Source: an uncultured Planctomycetota bacterium (GTDB lineage Bacteria; Planctomycetota; Planctomycetia; Isosphaerales; Isosphaeraceae). Taken from it: 64,000 nucleotides of DNA. Positions 59,231 to 64,000 of the stretch are shown here, in pieces. The stretch covers positions 352,001 through 416,000 of the forward strand of contig CAWGMQ010000011.1 in assembly GCA_963823665.1 (NCBI GenBank), given 5' to 3'. The notes beneath the pieces are model-generated. The model ran no database searches. It saw only the letters and a program-made list of their open reading frames with translations, and was not told the origin of the DNA. A program made the translations under genes and the position numbers. Position 1 is the stretch's first letter, and each line of letters begins with the position of its first letter.

Positions 59231-60219
59231 CGGCTCAAGCGCCGCACTCAGACGGTGAGAGCACTGCGCGGTTTGCCCGCCGGCATCTGCTGGGTCTGGA
59301 GGAGCTTTCCGCCGACGAGATCCTGGCCGTGCTCGATACCTCGGAGTCGTTTGCGGAGATCTCGACGCGCAGCCGGAAGAAGGTGCCGGCCATGCAGGGC
59401 CGGATTGTCTTCAACCTGTTCTTCGAGAATTCGACGCGCACGCGCACGAGCTTCAGCCTGGCGGCCAAGCGGCTCTCGGCCGATACGCAAGACTTCTCGC
59501 CCAGCGGATCGAGCCTTTCCAAGGGCGAGTCGTTCATTGACACCGCCAAAAACATTGAAGCCATGGGGGCCGATGTCATCGTGGTGCGCCATCCCACCCC
59601 GGGCACACCGCTCATGCTCTCGCAGCACCTGAAGTGTTCGATCATCAATGCCGGCGACGGTGCGCACGAGCACCCGACCCAGGCCCTGCTCGACCTGATG
59701 ACGATCAGGCGCAAGAAAGGCAGGATCGCGGGGCTGACCGTCGGGCTGCTCGGTGATATCGCGCACTCCCGCGTCGCGCGGTCCAACATCTGGGGGCTGC
59801 TCAAGCTGGGCGCCAAGGTCATCCTGTGCGGGCCTCCGACCCTGGTGCCCCGGGGCTGGGAGCGCATGGGTTGCGAGGTTTGCTATCATCTGGATCAAGT
59901 TCTGCCGCGCTGCGATGTGGTCAACGTGCTGCGCATCCAGTTCGAGCGGCAGCAGGGAGGGTTGTTTCCTTCGATCGGCGAGTATTCGCAATTCTATATG
60001 ATGACGCGCGAGCGGCTGCGGCTGGCCCGGAGCGACTTGCTGATCCTGGCACCGGGGCCGGTGAACCGCGGAGTCGAGCTCACGCCGGAAGTCGCCGACG
60101 GCGAGCACTCGGCGATCCTCGATCAAGTGACGAACGGGCTGGCCGTGCGGATGGCGGTGCTTTATCTTCTCTCAGGCGGCACGGGCCCCAAGACGGCCCT
60201 GCGTGACGGGCGAAATTGA
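59227..60219 (+). CDS. pyrB: Aspartate carbamoyltransferase catalytic subunit
   Basis: FFENSTRTRTSF, HEHPTQALLD, GDIAHSRV, LRIQFER, PGPVNRG. Confidence 0.97.
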   Translation: MTAQAPHSDGESTARFARRHLLGLEELSADEILAVLDTSESFAEISTRSRKKVPAMQGRIVFNLFFENSTRTRTSFSLAAKRLSADTQDFSPSGSSLSKGESFIDTAKNIEAMGADVIVVRHPTPGTPLMLSQHLKCSIINAGDGAHEHPTQALLDLMTIRRKKGRIAGLTVGLLGDIAHSRVARSNIWGLLKLGAKVILCGPPTLVPRGWERMGCEVCYHLDQVLPRCDVVNVLRIQFERQQGGLFPSIGEYSQFYMMTRERLRLARSDLLILAPGPVNRGVELTPEVADGEHSAILDQVTNGLAVRMAVLYLLSGGTGPKTALRDGRN

Positions 60220-60243
60220 CTTGCGCGGACGGGGAAACTAGCC

Positions 60244-61557
60244 GTGCGGACGATTCAGATCAGCGGCGGGCGGATCATCGACCCCGCGCAGCAAATTGAC
60301 CAGATCGGCGATCTGTGGATCAGCCGCGGGCGGATCTTGCCGCATGGGTCCGGCTGCGAGGACGCCGAGATCTCGATCGACGCCAGGGGCATGCTGGTGT
60401 GTCCCGGCTTGATCGACGCCCACGTTCATCTTCGTGAGCCGGGCAACGAAGAGGACGAGACAATCGCGACGGGTGCAAGTGCCGCCCTGGCCGCCGGCGT
60501 GACGTCGGTTGCCTGCATGCCGAACACGATGCCCGCAATCGACTCGCAGGCGGCGGCCGAATTCGTGGTGCTTCAGGCGCAGCGAGCGCGGCAGGCCAAC
60601 GTCTATCCCGTGGGGGCCGTCAGCAAGGGGCGGAAGGGGGAAGAGCTTGCGGAGCTCGGCCAGCTCGTCGCCGGCGGCGCAGTGGCCTTCACTGACGACG
60701 GCTCGCCGGTGGCCTCGGCGTCGCTGATGAGGCGAGCACTCGAATACGCCAAGATGTTCGACCGCGTGATCATGCAGCATTGCCAGGTGCCCGAGCTGAC
60801 GACCGGCGGCGTCATGAACGAGGGGCTGGTCTCGATGCGGCTCGGCCTGCCCGGCATGCCGGCGGCCGCCGAAGACATCATGGTCGCCCGCGACATTCGA
60901 CTCGCCGAGATCACCGGCGGCCGCTTGCACATCCAGCACATCTCGACGGCCCGTTCCGTCGAGCTGGTGCGCGAAGGCCAGCGCCGCGGAGTTCGCGTCA
61001 CGGCCGAGGCCTGCCCTCATCATTTCACATTGACCGATGAAGAGCTGAATGCATTCGATTCCAACTTCAAGATGAACCCGCCGCTGCGCCCGTGGAGCGA
61101 CGTCGAGGCCGTGATCGAAGGGCTCAAGGACAATACGATCTCGATCATCGCCACCGACCACGCACCCCACGCCAGCGAAAAAAAGATGAGGGAGATCGAC
61201 CAGGCCCCGTTCGGGATCGTCGGCCTCGAGACGCTGGTTCCGATCACCGTGAAGAGCCTCGTCGAGCCAGGCTACCTGTCCTGGCCGGAAGTGATTCGCA
61301 AGCTGACCTCTAACCCGGCAGCGCTCCTGGGCATTCCCAAGGGGACCCTCCGCCCCGGCTCGGACGCTGATGTCACGATCATCGACCCCGACCTGGAGTG
61401 GACGATCGACCCCGATCAGTTCCGCTCCAAGAGCCGGAACACACCGTTCGGCGGCTGGAAGGTCCGCGGCCGAGCGCACACGGTCATCGTCGGGGGCGAG
61501 GTCCGGTTCAGCCTGGGCGGCATCGTGCAGCAAGCCGGCGCGCCCGTTCCCGTTTAA
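60244..61557 (+). CDS. pyrC: Dihydroorotase
   Basis: PGLIDAHVHLREPG, MPNT, KMNPPLR, ATDHAPH, SKSRNTPF. Confidence 0.97.
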   Translation: MRTIQISGGRIIDPAQQIDQIGDLWISRGRILPHGSGCEDAEISIDARGMLVCPGLIDAHVHLREPGNEEDETIATGASAALAAGVTSVACMPNTMPAIDSQAAAEFVVLQAQRARQANVYPVGAVSKGRKGEELAELGQLVAGGAVAFTDDGSPVASASLMRRALEYAKMFDRVIMQHCQVPELTTGGVMNEGLVSMRLGLPGMPAAAEDIMVARDIRLAEITGGRLHIQHISTARSVELVREGQRRGVRVTAEACPHHFTLTDEELNAFDSNFKMNPPLRPWSDVEAVIEGLKDNTISIIATDHAPHASEKKMREIDQAPFGIVGLETLVPITVKSLVEPGYLSWPEVIRKLTSNPAALLGIPKGTLRPGSDADVTIIDPDLEWTIDPDQFRSKSRNTPFGGWKVRGRAHTVIVGGEVRFSLGGIVQQAGAPVPV

Positions 61558-61558
61558 C

Positions 61559-61580
61559 GTAGGTCAGGCTTTAGCCTGAC
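61559..61580 (+). repeat. GTAG-class REP element
   Basis: GTAG-GTCAGGC-TTTA-GCCTGAC immediately after the pyrC stop. Confidence 0.65.
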
Positions 61581-61594
61581 AATCCGATCCAATC

Positions 61595-62211
61595 ATGCGT
61601 TGGCTGATCGACGGATACAACGTGATGCACGCCGGGGGCCGGTTGGGGCCGAAGCTCTCGCGCGAGGGGTTCCGTCGCGCCCGCCGGCGCTTTCTGGATG
61701 AGCTAGCGCAGACGCTCGGCCAGGCGGTTGCCGCGGAGACGACCGTGGTTCTCGACGCCTCCGTTCCCCCGGGCGACTTCCCGAGCGAGTCGAATTACAA
61801 AGGACTTTCGGTGCTCTTCGCCCTTGGCGAGGAGAATGCCGACGCTCGGATTGAAGCGCTCATCCGCGCCGACTCGAGTCCGAAATCGCTAACCGTCGTC
61901 TCTTCCGACAACCGCATCCGGCTGGCGGCCTCGAAACGCCGCTGCCAGTGGCTCACCTCCGAGAAGTACTGGGAGCTGCTCGACAACCTCAAGGAATCGC
62001 GCGCAAAAAACCTGCCGCGCCGTCCGGACCCACGGCGCCGGGCCCTGCCAACCAACCAGAAAGCCCGCGCGACGACGATTCGTACTGGCTGGGTGTGTTC
62101 GCCGAGCTGGATCAATCGCCGGAGATTCGACAGGTGTCGACATCCGCCCCGCAGCTTCTGACCGACGCCGAGATCGAGGCGATCGAGCGCGAAATCGAGC
62201 GAGAGGGGTGA
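61595..62211 (+). CDS. NYN/YacP-like domain protein; probable frameshift at ~62030
   Basis: LIDGYNV, ADARIE, VVSSD; the natural-looking end DDDSYWLGVF..EIEREG lies in another frame. Confidence 0.85.
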
Positions 62212-62348
62212 GGCCGGGAATTGGAATTCCACCTATTACTCTTCCGTCCAGGATGAATTAGAATGCCTGACTCGAAGTCTCCGGCGGAGGGTGCGGTTGC
62301 AAGCCCTGGGTGACTCTTCGGCAGTGCTGGCTGGTGAGGTTCTGGTCA

Positions 62349-63647
62349 ATGATGAGCCGGGGGCGGCGGCAACTTCTCGACGCGTCGGACGACCTCGACC
62401 CCGGATACTCGGACCGCTCGGCGTCGACATTCACCGACAACATGCGCTTGCCGGTGCACCGATGGTTCCGGTTCAGCGCGGGCTTTTCTGCCTTGTGGGC
62501 CGAGTCTCTGATCCGGGCGCATTCCGAGCGAGGGGCAACGGTCGTGCTCGACCCCTTTGCGGGCTCAGGAACGACGTTGCTGGCTGCTGAAAACGTGGGC
62601 GTCGAAAGCTATGGAATCGAAGCGCACCCGTTCGTGGCGAGAGTTGCCCGGGCCAAGCTGGCACGTCGCAGCAATCCGGAGAAATATCGAGACGCGATCG
62701 CGAGAGTCAATCGGATTGCGGCTTCAAGAACGCCTGAAATCGACCATTATCCGTCGCTGATCCGAAGCTGCTACGACGACGGCTCGTTGTCGCAGCTCGA
62801 CGTTTTGCGGCAAGCTGTCAGCGGCATTGCTGACGGCGCTGACGCGTCGGAGCTGGCGTGGCTCACCTTGGTCGGCATCCTTCGAAGAGTTTCGCACGCC
62901 AATACAGCGCAGTGGCAGTACGTGCTCCCGAGAAAGAGCAAGCGGAGCGCGGAACACCCGGCGGTGGCGTTCGAGCAGTTTTCGAGGGTCGTCGATCGCG
63001 ACATCCGATTATCCCAGGACACAACCGGACCGCCGGCCGTCTTTCGCCAGACAGACGCTCGAACGTGTGAAGGCGTGCCTTTGGCTCGAGTGAATCTTGT
63101 GCTGACATCACCGCCGTATCCGAACAACTACGACTACGCCGATGCGACGCGGCTGGAAATGTCGTTCATGCGCGAGATTAACGGCTGGGGTGACCTGCAA
63201 GGAGCGGTTCGTCATCGGTTGATCCGGTCTTGCTCGCAGCATGTGCCGACGAGCGCGGTCGATCTCGAGTCGGTGCTCTCCAGCGACCTGCTCGAGCCCA
63301 TCAAACGGGATATCCGGAGAGTGTGCCGAGAATTAGCCCAGATTCGTCTCTCGAGGGCGGGAAAGAAGACGTACCATCTGATGGTGGCGTGCTATTTCCT
63401 TGATCTGGCGCGGGTCTGGCGAGCGCTTCGCTCGGTCTGCGCGACACCGTCGAACCTGTGCTTCGTGATCGGCGATTCGGCTCCGTACGGAGTGTATGTT
63501 CCGGTGATCGAATGGCTGGGCAAGCTGGCTGTTTCTGCTGGATTTGAGTCGTTTCGATTTGAACGAACGAGGGACAGAAATGTGAAATGGAAGAATCGGA
63601 AACACAGAGTCCCGCTTTGTGAGGGCCGGCTCTGGGTGGAGGGATAG
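62349..63647 (+). CDS. DNA amino-methyltransferase (probably N4-cytosine), orphan
   Basis: [20 protein letters not shown] (motif I) preceding TSPPY (motif IV), VIGDS. Confidence 0.88.
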   Translation: MMSRGRRQLLDASDDLDPGYSDRSASTFTDNMRLPVHRWFRFSAGFSALWAESLIRAHSERGATVVLDPFAGSGTTLLAAENVGVESYGIEAHPFVARVARAKLARRSNPEKYRDAIARVNRIAASRTPEIDHYPSLIRSCYDDGSLSQLDVLRQAVSGIADGADASELAWLTLVGILRRVSHANTAQWQYVLPRKSKRSAEHPAVAFEQFSRVVDRDIRLSQDTTGPPAVFRQTDARTCEGVPLARVNLVLTSPPYPNNYDYADATRLEMSFMREINGWGDLQGAVRHRLIRSCSQHVPTSAVDLESVLSSDLLEPIKRDIRRVCRELAQIRLSRAGKKTYHLMVACYFLDLARVWRALRSVCATPSNLCFVIGDSAPYGVYVPVIEWLGKLAVSAGFESFRFERTRDRNVKWKNRKHRVPLCEGRLWVEG

Positions 63648-63709
63648 AGACGTTCCGAATCACAGGGTCGAGCATTCGCAACAAGAATCCGATTGAGGGT
63701 CTTCGCGCA

Positions 63710-64000
63710 ATGAAAGTACATGAATACCAGGCGAAAGAGCTGCTCAAGAAGGCTGGGGTCGCCGTTCCGGAAGGCATTGTGGTGACCACTCCCGAAGAAG
63801 CAGCGAGGGCTTATACCACGCTGGGCGGCGGTTTGATCGTGGTCAAAGCTCAGGTGCACGCGGGGGGGCGAGGCAAGGGAGTTGCCATCGGCCCAGGTGA
63901 CGACCGGGCGCTCGCGCTCGAGATTGCCAGCGGCCGCAAGCCCAGGCCCGAATCCATGGCGAAAGGCGTGCAGCTCGTCAAGTCGGCTGAAGATGCACAG
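63710..64000 (+). CDS. sucC: Succinyl-CoA synthetase beta subunit (3' partial)
   Basis: Hand translation [26 protein letters not shown]; missing from the ORF track because it runs off the window. Confidence 0.93.
   Translation, partial: MKVHEYQAKELLKKAGVAVPEGIVVTTPEEAARAYTTLGGGLIVVKAQVHAGGRGKGVAIGPGDDRALALEIASGRKPRPESMAKGVQLVKSAEDAQ

Overview
GC-rich bacterial DNA, very probably Planctomycetota (Isosphaeraceae-like). This is inferred from the DUF1549/DUF1553-DUF1501 pair, TIGR03067 and DUF4058 genes, LExRxLL extracellular motifs and PEP-CTERM genes. Housekeeping genes (folE, fabH, ispH, pyrR-pyrB-pyrC, sucC) alternate with accessory blocks. About 14 reading-frame breaks occur even in essential genes, so they are most likely long-read assembly indels. 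Main points of interest: (1) a stand-alone ~705-aa protein of nine ~73-aa helical repeats with a fixed scaffold and hypervariable helix positions, a candidate modular nucleic-acid reader (19012-21128); (2) a giant RHS protein whose post-DPSG PD-(D/E)xK nuclease-like toxin is followed by an HExxH domain, with a convergent AT-rich candidate immunity gene (1-6736); (3) a ~2380-aa hybrid kinase with 14 poly-HAMP units (29396-36544); (4) a decaying accessory zone at 41-54 kb containing an orphan immunity gene, TPR-CHAT and pentapeptide-TIR remnants, an attC-flanked DUF5076 cassette, an ArsR gene with operator and Cys-rich peptide, and a 5'-truncated tRNA-Leu with att-like repeats. All family calls are motif recognition by eye; no database search was run.
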